Of a DNA stretch of 64,000 nt, positions 26,701 to 35,554 are shown piece after piece (the first letter of the stretch is position 1; each line of letters opens with the position of its first letter). Where the stretch lies: NCBI GenBank assembly GCA_045637825.1, contig JAZUAD010000005.1, positions 3,198-67,197 on the forward strand. Reading direction: 5' to 3'. Source of the stretch: Candidatus Onthoplasma sp. GTDB lineage: Bacteria > Bacillota > Clostridia > Christensenellales > UBA1242. The notes beneath the pieces are model-generated. The model was not told where the DNA came from. It made no database searches and worked only from the letters and a program-made list of their open reading frames with translations. A program made the position numbers and the translations under genes.

Positions 26701-29700
26701 AAGCATAGAAGACTTTAAAACTTTAATGCAAATGAGAGGTGTTTCATATTTGGAACAAACTCCTTACACAATTAAAATAGTTGCAGTAAATGAAGATAGT
26801 ACCACTATTGCCAACAAGGGTAATATTACATATACTTTTGAATTTTTAAAGACTCCTACACTTAGTGTGACAGAATTAGAGGGTACAAATACTAAATATC
26901 TTCAAATTTATGATGAAGACATAAATATTTCTAGATATAATGTGGCAATAAGTCAAACTGAAACCATTTATAATGAGCAAGTAGTTAAAACTGCACAAGA
27001 TACATTGATTAATATGGACGAAATTGATGGTTTGGTGGCAGGAAATATAGAAGTTAAAGTAAATTCAACTGCTAGTAGTGGAAATTATTTTGATAGCGGA
27101 ATTTCAACTATAAATATTATCAAATCTAATAGCGAAACAATAACTGTGGTTGATGGTAAATTACAATGGAATAGTATTGCTAGTGCAAAACAATATAATC
27201 TTTGGTATTTTAATCAATCAACCAACAATCAACCCGTTGTTGTAAATTTGTATCAAGGTGTGGAAAACTTTACAACTTATGGCGGGGTTTGTATTTATGA
27301 ATTTGATGAATTGGAAAGCGGTATAAGCAATTTCTATCTTCAAGTAGATACGTTTGCAAAACTAGGTAACACCTACTATATAAATTCGGATAATGGCGAA
27401 ACTTTATCAAATATATATAAGTTGCCAACTATCGAAACAGAGGTCGTTAATGGCGAAATTTATGCGGAAGTTAGAACACTAGATTATGCTCGTTCTAACA
27501 ACTTAGAGGTGCTTATAGATGGAAAACCATTGGATATTGATGTTACTCAAGCAGAAAATGAAAATATCAAATTGGTAACTACAATGGAAAAAATATCTAT
27601 AACAATAGCGCCAGGAATATTGTTTAAGTATGGCGATAGTGAAATGCTAAAGGAAACAATTTCCTTAAGACTATATTCTGATAATGCTTTAACATTAAAT
27701 TCTTCTGTTAGTCAAAAGGATATTTACGGCCTGTTAAAACCTACAGGGTTGGATATCACCACATCTATAACTCAAAATGAAAGTGGAGTTATTAATGAGG
27801 TATTAGAAAAAATTACTTGGAATAATCCTACAGGTAATGGTCAGTATGTTTCTAAATATGAAATAGTAGTTAATTATAAAAATGTTAATTATATATTTAA
27901 TACAACTGAGCATGTGTTTATGATGCCAACTTATTGTGATTATGATGCAAACGAGAATGGTGAGTTGGACTACAATGAGGATATTAATGGAAACAATCAA
28001 TTAGATGCCGGTGAAGATATTAATGGAAATGGAATTCTTGACCGAGTTGAGGTTGTGTTTGGATCCGGTGTATATAATATTAAGGTAAGGGCATTAACTG
28101 ATAACTGCGATAATATTGTTAACTCTAAGTATTGTGAAGAAATTCAAGTTACGGTACTAGAAACTCCTAAAAATCTAGAAACTAAAGACGGAAATATTTC
28201 TTGGTCTAGCGATACAAATGTAGAATACTATTTAATTAAAGTATATTTGATAGAAAATGGTGAGCCAACTTTAATGGTTGCTAATCAAACCACAAAAAAT
28301 GTTAGTGAGTTCGATTTATGCTCTTTAACTCCATTTGAAACTGGTGTATATGGTGTTAGTATTCAAGCAATGCACAATAATTCACGCATACTATCAAGCA
28401 AGGAAAGCGAAATACTGCAAGTAATTCGTTTACCACAAGTTAATAGTTATCGAGTTGTAAATGGTGAATTGTATATTAGTGCTCACGCTTTTTATAGTAA
28501 GGCTGAAATATATTTAGTAAATAAAGATGGTATAACTTTAAAAGAACCATTTGTAATATACAATAATAGTTTAGGAAAATATAATTCTTATACAAGCGCT
28601 ACAGGATTTAAGTGGTCTGATTCAAATATTATAGAAACTTATACAGATGAAAATTATTATGTGGCTGCTAAATATGAGGGTTCCGAAGGACCTATTTTGC
28701 GTGCAGCCTTGGCTGAAGGGTACAAATTAAAAATTAAGTTATATGGAAACTCAACCAGTAAGGGTGCTATAATTTCAGGACATACTAATACGGAAGTTAT
28801 TAATATGTACTGGGCTTATGATAATACCATTGAAAACGAAGACAAAAACAGGATAGAAAAGCTTGTAACACTAAATATTAAGGTTAGTGAAACCGAAAGA
28901 GGTGTTATGTTGATAAATTGTCCTGAAGGTATAGCGTATTCATTAAAATATTTTATCAATGGTGAAAATTCTCTACAAGGTGTACACCTTTATCAAATAA
29001 TACTTTTAACAGATAAATCTCATTCTTTCTTGGTGGCCGATATTGTAGATGAAACATTGTTTAATAATAGTTTAGAAGCTGTTGGAGCAACAATAATACA
29101 AGATACTGTTGAAAGAAATTATTTAAAGCATTTTGAATATGCTGGTAACACATTTAATATTATTGATAAAAACGCTAAAGGGTTTATACCTTTTGATTTA
29201 ACAACCAATTATTACTATTATTATACGCTTGAGGGTGTGTATCAAGAGGTTAAATTATATGAGGGCGGCTCATTTATAATGTGCGCAAGATTTATTGGAG
29301 ATGATACACAGTTTGTTTATTCTAATACTTCAAATCTAGTTAAAATTGAACGTTATAGTCCATTAAATGTAACCGTGTCTAATGGTTCAATTTCATGGAA
29401 GAACTTGACGACTGATGATAATCACCCAATATATGTAATAACTTTAACAAACAGCAACGAAACTTATAATCTAGTACTATACAATTCTAGTATGTATACA
29501 GAAGAAGATTTAAAGGGTTGCCTAGATAGTAGTAAGCAATACATATTTGATGCTATTACATATCAAACAGGTGATGAGGTCATAACCTATACAAGATTGG
29601 CTGACATAATATACAAGGCACGTCAAGATAGTGCTAGTGCACTATTAAGTCAAGGAGGAACTTTCCTAGCAACTATAAAGGCGCAATATACAAACTCAAG

Positions 29701-32116
29701 TTCTATGGATGTGATTTTGGCTCAAGGTGGAGATAGCGTTACAGTATCAATTCTTCCACAAGCGTCGATTATCGTGACTGATGGTTGCTTAACATGGAAT
29801 ATGGCGTTTGTTAACAATTCTAATGGAGATACTCCTGTTAATAATTATCGTTTGGAAATTTATGATGGCGATAATAAACTATATCAAATTAATTTGGGTG
29901 AAGATGATTATATCCTAGAAGGCAGAGTTGCAATTTATAATTTACCAGAAGTTATAAACAATGGTGCAGATGGTGAATTTAAGTTTGTGCCAGGAGTTAA
30001 TTATACGTTTAAGTTAATTGCTTTAGGTGCAGATAGTTCTACTTATGTGGACTCTGTTGCAACTTCAGTAAGCGAAGTGGATATTCTTCCGGTATTACAA
30101 GATGTGAAAATGGAAGATGGTAAGTTGACTTGGATTAACACCACAACTAATAGTGTAGAAATATATGTGACATACCCAATAAAAGATGCTTTTGGTAACG
30201 TTACGGCCCTTGTGGAATTAGAGTTTAAGGATATTACAAGTAATAGTTTTGAACTCCCTGCAACACACGCAGATATTAGTAACACTTCACGTGAACTGAT
30301 TGCTGGGTATGATTATTATATTAAACTTCGATTGAAAGGAACTAACAACTCATTAAATGGTTTCTATGTTCAATATGTAGATATTGTTAATAGATTAGAT
30401 ACTGTGCCAACTAATAGCATTGTTACCAACAATGGAATATTGACTTGGGAAGCAAATGCAAAACCAGAAACAACTTACACAATAACTTATTGTTATGAGT
30501 TGGATAGTGATGGCAAGATGGTAAATCCTATAACCACAGAAAAATTAGCAAACAATGTGTTTGACTTTACAAACTGTAAAGAGGGTTCAATCTATGTATC
30601 AATTCAAGCACATAATAACAATCACTTTAATTCATTTACTAGCGATATAGTTGAATTGTTTAAACTAAGCGTTCCAACAAACATTGTTTATTACGAAGGT
30701 TCAACTACTATATCTTGGGACGAAGTGTTGGATAAAGACGGAAATCCTGTTGAAGCATATATTGTAAAGGTGATGCAAGAAGGTCGTGAAGACCAGGAAT
30801 TTAAGTGTGAAACCAATGAATGGGTTATTACAGGGGTTGATTCTACAGCGTTTGAAATTTCTGTTCAAGCAATTAGCGAATCTGCTACAGGAACTTTATT
30901 AAACAGTGATTATAGTGCACCTGCTAATATGGAAGTGCCTAATCAAGTAGATGTTAATACATTTAAGTTTGATGAAGAATTGCAAGCGTTTAAGTGGAGA
31001 GCTATTGAAGGTGAGCAAGAAAACAGTGATGAATATTACATTTCGTATAACTATTATGAATTAAATAGTAATGTGTTAATTAGTTCTAATCCAGAAAAGG
31101 TTACTATTAGTAAAATAATACAAACCGAAGATGGTGAGGAGAAATGGTACTATTATTACCCAAGCGTAATTGGAACTTATCGTATGATTAATGTTCAAGT
31201 TAAGCGTGCGGGAAGTTTGTCATCACAACAAACTTGGTGTATAAACGAAGATGGTACAAATTACGAGTTAGACTTTGATATATTTGAAGCGGGCGCTGGT
31301 ACTAGTAAGAATCCATATATTATTAGTAACGAACAACAATTGCGTAACATTAAATATTTCCTAAATGGTTATTATGAACTTGATAGGGATATTTCATTGT
31401 CAAGTAATGCGCCAATTACAACTAGCGAACAAGTGTTTACAGGAACTATTACTGGTGGAGAAGATAAACATTATATAATTGGAGTTAAGCAAACAGATAA
31501 AACTATGTTTACTAACTATGTTGGATTATTTAATGTAACTGAAAATGCAACGTTTGCAAATATTAGACTTTCTAATTTTGGATATAATGGGTATGTAAAT
31601 TCTGGAACATTATATATGGGTGTGTTGGTTGGTTATGCTGAAGGAACTAACTTTAATAACATTACAATAACCTCTACAAGTATTAACGTTATTAAAAATA
31701 GAGAAAACGGGTATACAAACGATAGCGTAAATGTGTATATAGGGGCTATTGCGGGTTATGTAACAAATTCAACTATTACTAACTGCGTTGTAAACCTAGG
31801 TGGAACAGAACCTAATGTAATTTTAAATATTACAGGAAATTCTAGAACTAAGTTTGCGTTAGGCGGTATTGTGGGCTATGCTAATATAACAACCATTACA
31901 AACAATACTAGCGGTGAAGATATAAATGGCGAAAGTGCTAATGCGTTTATAATATTAAAAAATATAACAGCAGATGGAAATGCTCCAACCTTATATATCG
32001 GTGCGTTAGTGGGTGAAATTGTAGAAGACGGAATTACCTCAAACGGAAATTCTTTGGTGTATTTAGAACATGGTTCTACAGGAAATGTTGTGAAAAACAA
32101 CGAAACAGGCAATTAA
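23744..32116 (+). CDS. Giant surface lipoprotein (2790 aa): Big_2-like domain, many FN3-like modules, Ca-loop insert and a C-terminal GLUG-repeat module
   Basis: Signal peptide with Cys lipobox candidates (LLLAC / FWGC). Big_2-like ISFTEQSITMLVGEEYTPTIKLLP. At least 12 x-x-W...Y-x-V/I FN3-like signatures, e.g. ISWPFVKNAQNYTVDIY, VYWQEVEGSDGYLVTIK, ISWDEVLDKDGNPVEAYIVKV. C-terminal NPYIISNEQQLRNI followed by YMGVLVGYAEG, YIGAIAGYVTNS and ALGGIVGYAN repeats. Confidence 0.85.
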   Translation: MIRTKAKSLLLSCMLLLACFCFWGCKEKTKVGVDSISFTEQSITMLVGEEYTPTIKLLPSYATDRSYKLVSYSTALKVEGGTIIALEGMLDVKLKVVSNENPNVNDIITVDIYEQAKDLDAPTELRFDGDKLVFVGRDNANSYMLKVNGQEINIGNNTEYSFASVVEKMPNLYNEIITCSVKAIGDGKVFNDSTYGQEISIVKLSSVTNAYVQNETLYFNAIKNIKSYDINVVKLGNIVATKTITNPSFDVVKLSLDIRDLADGVDGAEYVLNIKPNISGYKFDNVSIFEGLPTELEYNVVGSVKNVTISERVISWPFVKNAQNYTVDIYKDNERLQRFESITSNSLKLPYEDAGEYYCVVLANSNKENTTTGKEFSQPLYFNILSAPEVVANNNQVYWQEVEGSDGYLVTIKNRGGATLVDKTLILQNYYDVSEFVAGTYSIQVVANASANGGVNGEVLLSSAISDATTWTILNGLQLRVKNGTLYWQDLDINSKNKYRITFGEEVIDLPSADYYEEMTAYGYNLLQHEFEAGNHIITIQSVGEGNVFDAKINSTNIIKLADSSIDSLIDKKFTINTVSSASRYTVEIFKSTDLANPIRVLEDKISGNKFAIDDATLEAGNYVAKVLVYGNGTNVFDADNLMEGTTFPFEKLPTPEMFVDEGELKLVIEDIARAQSYKLYQNNSIKPVTDREYSLSDLPYVDNKGSGCDYIYKVQALGNGLEVLDSDCTLEEDQIKVRKLHTPEITFRKESLAYHAETSWENRVGDEVSVGCKFLINGIEIYSLSDEYDCSNVIVEPGNYIAEAHLYPSSSSGGEYDLILQSDVAYYNYVNKLAGDCSFQISNGVLIVTPDEHLTGGGYSLELTIGDAIVLNDFTYINSRFQKNLYDSKYNVIEEILPLLIGVGQYSVKTVISSTNNNLVSSNVTICEKDLKILGKVQNINKKGQNIEFGIVEGATNYIAIVDLYGNETTIDLAGRYTTDTTNVISIEDFKTLMQMRGVSYLEQTPYTIKIVAVNEDSTTIANKGNITYTFEFLKTPTLSVTELEGTNTKYLQIYDEDINISRYNVAISQTETIYNEQVVKTAQDTLINMDEIDGLVAGNIEVKVNSTASSGNYFDSGISTINIIKSNSETITVVDGKLQWNSIASAKQYNLWYFNQSTNNQPVVVNLYQGVENFTTYGGVCIYEFDELESGISNFYLQVDTFAKLGNTYYINSDNGETLSNIYKLPTIETEVVNGEIYAEVRTLDYARSNNLEVLIDGKPLDIDVTQAENENIKLVTTMEKISITIAPGILFKYGDSEMLKETISLRLYSDNALTLNSSVSQKDIYGLLKPTGLDITTSITQNESGVINEVLEKITWNNPTGNGQYVSKYEIVVNYKNVNYIFNTTEHVFMMPTYCDYDANENGELDYNEDINGNNQLDAGEDINGNGILDRVEVVFGSGVYNIKVRALTDNCDNIVNSKYCEEIQVTVLETPKNLETKDGNISWSSDTNVEYYLIKVYLIENGEPTLMVANQTTKNVSEFDLCSLTPFETGVYGVSIQAMHNNSRILSSKESEILQVIRLPQVNSYRVVNGELYISAHAFYSKAEIYLVNKDGITLKEPFVIYNNSLGKYNSYTSATGFKWSDSNIIETYTDENYYVAAKYEGSEGPILRAALAEGYKLKIKLYGNSTSKGAIISGHTNTEVINMYWAYDNTIENEDKNRIEKLVTLNIKVSETERGVMLINCPEGIAYSLKYFINGENSLQGVHLYQIILLTDKSHSFLVADIVDETLFNNSLEAVGATIIQDTVERNYLKHFEYAGNTFNIIDKNAKGFIPFDLTTNYYYYYTLEGVYQEVKLYEGGSFIMCARFIGDDTQFVYSNTSNLVKIERYSPLNVTVSNGSISWKNLTTDDNHPIYVITLTNSNETYNLVLYNSSMYTEEDLKGCLDSSKQYIFDAITYQTGDEVITYTRLADIIYKARQDSASALLSQGGTFLATIKAQYTNSSSMDVILAQGGDSVTVSILPQASIIVTDGCLTWNMAFVNNSNGDTPVNNYRLEIYDGDNKLYQINLGEDDYILEGRVAIYNLPEVINNGADGEFKFVPGVNYTFKLIALGADSSTYVDSVATSVSEVDILPVLQDVKMEDGKLTWINTTTNSVEIYVTYPIKDAFGNVTALVELEFKDITSNSFELPATHADISNTSRELIAGYDYYIKLRLKGTNNSLNGFYVQYVDIVNRLDTVPTNSIVTNNGILTWEANAKPETTYTITYCYELDSDGKMVNPITTEKLANNVFDFTNCKEGSIYVSIQAHNNNHFNSFTSDIVELFKLSVPTNIVYYEGSTTISWDEVLDKDGNPVEAYIVKVMQEGREDQEFKCETNEWVITGVDSTAFEISVQAISESATGTLLNSDYSAPANMEVPNQVDVNTFKFDEELQAFKWRAIEGEQENSDEYYISYNYYELNSNVLISSNPEKVTISKIIQTEDGEEKWYYYYPSVIGTYRMINVQVKRAGSLSSQQTWCINEDGTNYELDFDIFEAGAGTSKNPYIISNEQQLRNIKYFLNGYYELDRDISLSSNAPITTSEQVFTGTITGGEDKHYIIGVKQTDKTMFTNYVGLFNVTENATFANIRLSNFGYNGYVNSGTLYMGVLVGYAEGTNFNNITITSTSINVIKNRENGYTNDSVNVYIGAIAGYVTNSTITNCVVNLGGTEPNVILNITGNSRTKFALGGIVGYANITTITNNTSGEDINGESANAFIILKNITADGNAPTLYIGALVGEIVEDGITSNGNSLVYLEHGSTGNVVKNNETGN

Positions 32117-32160
32117 ATTGAATAAAATTTAAAGAAAAATAAAAAATCTGCGTTATATAT

Positions 32161-32190
32161 TTGCGTAAATGGGTGTATTTGTGTTAAAAT
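32161..32190 (+). promoter_or_regulatory. Candidate internal promoter for the sipW operon
   Basis: TTGCGT (32161-32166), 18-nt spacer ending TGt, TAAAAT (32185-32190). I see no terminator between the giant gene and sipW. Confidence 0.45.
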
Positions 32191-32248
32191 ATACCATAGG
32201 AAGTAAAATTAATGGTTTTATTTCCATAAATATAAAACTTAAGTGTGG

Positions 32249-32276
32249 TTGTCAAGTGGCTGGTGCCATTTGACAA
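32249..32276 (+). promoter_or_regulatory. Perfect stem-loop in the sipW leader
   Basis: TTGTCAAGTGGC-TGGT-GCCATTTGACAA forms 12 bp (one G-U pair) around a 4-nt loop. No T-run follows. Confidence 0.6.
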
Positions 32277-32317
32277 TCGCAATAAACATACAAATAAAGA
32301 TTGCTAAAAGGGGAAAT

Positions 32318-32851
32318 ATGAAATATACTAGCGATATAAAAGATGTAAAGGAGTTTTGGTGGGCCAAAACTATAATGTATAACTTAGTGATGTCTATATT
32401 TATTACAGTAGCTTTGGCGGTAATTGCTGTTTATGCTTTTGGTTTAAGATTAGATGTTGTATTAAGTGATAGTATGAATCCTGTGTTTTATAAGGACGAT
32501 ATAGTTATTGTTAGGGAATTCAAGGAATATAAAGTTAATGATATTATTGAATTTCAAGTTAGCGAAGTGTCTAAGCCGGTTACGCACAGAATTGTAGAAA
32601 AAAATGGAACTGGTGCAACTGCAACCTATAGAACAAAAGGTGATGCTAACCAAGATTCTGAAGCATATACAATAACTCATAAACAAATAAACGGAAAGGT
32701 GATATCTATTATTGAAGATGGTAATTTGATATACCAATTTGTAAAGAGTAATTATTTCTTATTTATAGATATATTGTTAGGAATTTGGGTGTTGACTTCA
32801 ACGCTTTCAAATGAAAAAGAAATGCGAAAACACAATATTGCCAATGTGTAA
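32318..32851 (+). CDS. sipW: SipW-type (ER/archaeal-type) signal peptidase I
   Basis: I placed the start at the ATG at 32318, behind aaaagggga. N-terminal TM segment, catalytic-Ser box LSDSMNP, His box VTHRIV, TKGDANQDSE, and a C-terminal TM segment (FLFIDILLGIWVLTSTL) as in B. subtilis SipW. Confidence 0.85.
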   Translation: MKYTSDIKDVKEFWWAKTIMYNLVMSIFITVALAVIAVYAFGLRLDVVLSDSMNPVFYKDDIVIVREFKEYKVNDIIEFQVSEVSKPVTHRIVEKNGTGATATYRTKGDANQDSEAYTITHKQINGKVISIIEDGNLIYQFVKSNYFLFIDILLGIWVLTSTLSNEKEMRKHNIANV

Positions 32852-32866
32852 TAAGGGGGAAGTGTA

Positions 32867-35515
32867 GTGCGTTTAGGTAAACAACTAAAATTAAATGTGA
32901 TGATAGCCATACTTTTATGTATGGTTTTTGTCGTTAACCTAGGCGTGACGTTTGCTTCGGGTAATTATAGATTTGTTGCTAGTTCGGTAAACACTATTAC
33001 TACTGTTGGTGAAAACACAACTATTGATTATGATACTTATGCAGAATATGCTTCTGCAAGTAGCACTAGTGGTAAATTTATATATAGTCCTGGTGTTTAT
33101 AACAATAATTTAAGCATTAATTATGGCTTTAGCGCTAACTATGATTTGATGATAAAGTTTACTGCAACTTATGCTAACAAAGGTCAATTAATGACAAATG
33201 GTGAAACTCATATTGCCAATGACTTTTCATTAAACTTTGTTAATCGTGACGCCTGGTGCGTTGATATGGGAAGCGTTAATGGTTGGAAAGTTGAAAATGG
33301 TGTAACTAAACCTGATAGTAATCAAGTGTATTACACTCAAACTTCAACTTCCAATACAATTAAAGGCGTAATGTACTATATGGGAACAAAAAATGGTTCG
33401 GGCACATTGCCTGTAATCAGCGGTGTTACTTTCCACACCTCTCCTAATAATTCGTATAAGTATATTGGAGATACTTTGGAAATCACTCTTGAACCTGTAT
33501 ATGTAAAATCTAGCACCTATTCAACAACTACACACGCATTTGCAAATGTGGCGGTTGATGGATTTGTTAAAAACTCTACAGTATTTGCAAACTGGATTAA
33601 TTATATGAACGGAACAACAGCAACTGCAGACAACGCAACTATTATGATATATAATTCGTATGTTGATAATGTAAGGTCGTTGTCATATCCTAAAGATGAT
33701 ACAGTTATTACAAATGAGGGTATAGTAAACCCTTCTCCAACACTTGTTGCTCCTAAATATTCAAATACTGCACATAGATATGATGTTGGTGGCTCTGGTA
33801 GAAGTTATGACGCTATTACAGCCGGCAATAAATATAATGGAGGTGTTGGAGTATATGTGATACCTAATACTGCTAGTGCTACAAAGGCAATTACAGTAAG
33901 TATAACAGTAAGCTGGAGTTGGCAAAAGTATGATGAAGGGTCAAAAACAGTTACAACAATGGGTCAAACAGACTCAGAAGTTGTAGACTTAAAATATTCT
34001 TCACAAGATTTAACAGCCAAAACAGATGGTTCAACTAATTATTACTATTATAAATCACAAATATCATCACCTACATACATTAATGTTTTGGAAAGCATTA
34101 TGCTTACCGCTGAAAACAATGTAAATATAATTAAAAACGGATATTACTTAGTATTAAACGATATTAATGTAACTCCTATAAAAACTTTGGGGGCAATTTA
34201 TGGTGCACCACAAAGTTGGCCAGCGCAAAGCAAGGCAAACTATGAAGTATTAAATGCAACTGCTAGTTCACCTATTTTGGTAAGAGTGCAAGATGTTATT
34301 ACTTCTAGCGAAAAATATGAAACAACTATTGCTGTAACTAACAAAAGTGATAAAACTATAGGTATTAGCCAATTTACAATTTCAAGTAAATTGTGGTACG
34401 CTACCTATACCGATGCTGATGATGGCAGTTTGGAAAATTTCCAACCAGCAAATATGGGAGATGGTTATTTACCAAACGATACAGTGTTTACTTATGATAC
34501 AAGCAAGTGGCAAGCTCCAGTTCCCTCTGCGGGAAGCTTTACCTTTAGTCGTATAAATGGAGCAATTACATACATTCCTAGTGGATACACTTTAACACTT
34601 ATCAGTGGTTTGGAAATTCCAACAACCTCTGCGTGTCAAACTGCTAATGAGGCAAATGATTTCTGGTGCGAACTAGGTGCAACCATTGTAACTAACGATA
34701 GTGCAATTTCTTACACATCATCAACCGCTGGGGTAGAAATAATCACTCAAGGTTATTATGATGCTATAGAAAAAGGCGAATCAGGCTATATTTATATTAG
34801 AAATAATACAGACCAAGTGATTACAAATGTTGCGTTTGCGTCTGCATTAAATGTAAAATTGCTAAATCCTGCTACTGACGACTACGAAGGTTTGTTGCCT
34901 CGTAACAGATACGGTGATGATATACAATTGGGTGCTAATGATGTGATTAATCATTTACCTACAAATGTATCAATCAAACCTAACGAAATGGTGCTTGCTT
35001 ATACAGTTACACCAAATCTTAGCACAGGGGAAACAGCAATTATATTTGATTTTAGTTTAAATATAACCTTGGCAACCGGTGCTGAAAACTATGACATTGA
35101 TTTAGTATATAATCGAGCAGAATTATCTGGTTTGATTATAAATAATAGCGAAGCGTTCTATGAATTTAGATTGGAAAGTGTAGATGAAGATTTAACTGAT
35201 AAGTTAATTAATCCATCAAGATTTGAAGAAAGTAGCGCTACAATAGATGGTAAAACTTATTATTACTACTATTACAAAGGTGTTATTTGTCCACACAGAC
35301 AAATTGAAATATTTAATTCGTTTGCAAACAATGTGGTTATAACTCATTACGTCCATAATGCAAACAAGGGCGAAAGCAATTATGTTGCAACCAATTTTGC
35401 TACTTGGAACAATACCGACAGTGTTGGCTTAAACAACTGGTTTAATACAATGGTTGGTTTGTACGGAACTTTAACCTTTGAAGATTTAGAATCTTTAGAT
35501 GTTGAAGTGATATAA
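32867..35515 (+). CDS. Large secreted multi-module TasA-like protein (882 aa)
   Basis: GTG start behind aaggggga. The signal peptide ends LGVTFASGNYRF. Internal TasA-like strand motifs include NGWKVENG...MYYMGTKNG...YIGDTLEITLEPVYVKS, STNYYYYKSQISSP and IDGKTYYYYYYKGVI. Confidence 0.7.
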   Translation: MRLGKQLKLNVMIAILLCMVFVVNLGVTFASGNYRFVASSVNTITTVGENTTIDYDTYAEYASASSTSGKFIYSPGVYNNNLSINYGFSANYDLMIKFTATYANKGQLMTNGETHIANDFSLNFVNRDAWCVDMGSVNGWKVENGVTKPDSNQVYYTQTSTSNTIKGVMYYMGTKNGSGTLPVISGVTFHTSPNNSYKYIGDTLEITLEPVYVKSSTYSTTTHAFANVAVDGFVKNSTVFANWINYMNGTTATADNATIMIYNSYVDNVRSLSYPKDDTVITNEGIVNPSPTLVAPKYSNTAHRYDVGGSGRSYDAITAGNKYNGGVGVYVIPNTASATKAITVSITVSWSWQKYDEGSKTVTTMGQTDSEVVDLKYSSQDLTAKTDGSTNYYYYKSQISSPTYINVLESIMLTAENNVNIIKNGYYLVLNDINVTPIKTLGAIYGAPQSWPAQSKANYEVLNATASSPILVRVQDVITSSEKYETTIAVTNKSDKTIGISQFTISSKLWYATYTDADDGSLENFQPANMGDGYLPNDTVFTYDTSKWQAPVPSAGSFTFSRINGAITYIPSGYTLTLISGLEIPTTSACQTANEANDFWCELGATIVTNDSAISYTSSTAGVEIITQGYYDAIEKGESGYIYIRNNTDQVITNVAFASALNVKLLNPATDDYEGLLPRNRYGDDIQLGANDVINHLPTNVSIKPNEMVLAYTVTPNLSTGETAIIFDFSLNITLATGAENYDIDLVYNRAELSGLIINNSEAFYEFRLESVDEDLTDKLINPSRFEESSATIDGKTYYYYYYKGVICPHRQIEIFNSFANNVVITHYVHNANKGESNYVATNFATWNNTDSVGLNNWFNTMVGLYGTLTFEDLESLDVEVI

Positions 35516-35554
35516 TTAAAAGTTAAGAAAAAAATAAAATAAAAAGGAGAAAAT

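Noticed and set aside
32243-32317. N-terminal extension of the sipW ORF in the track (MWLSSGWCHL...).
   Set aside because: It has a non-ATG start with no SD, and it contains the 12-bp leader hairpin. The internal ATG at 32318 has a good SD and gives a normal SipW N-terminus. The same logic trimmed ORFs 8115, 13423, 15822, 17683, 47825 and 59632.
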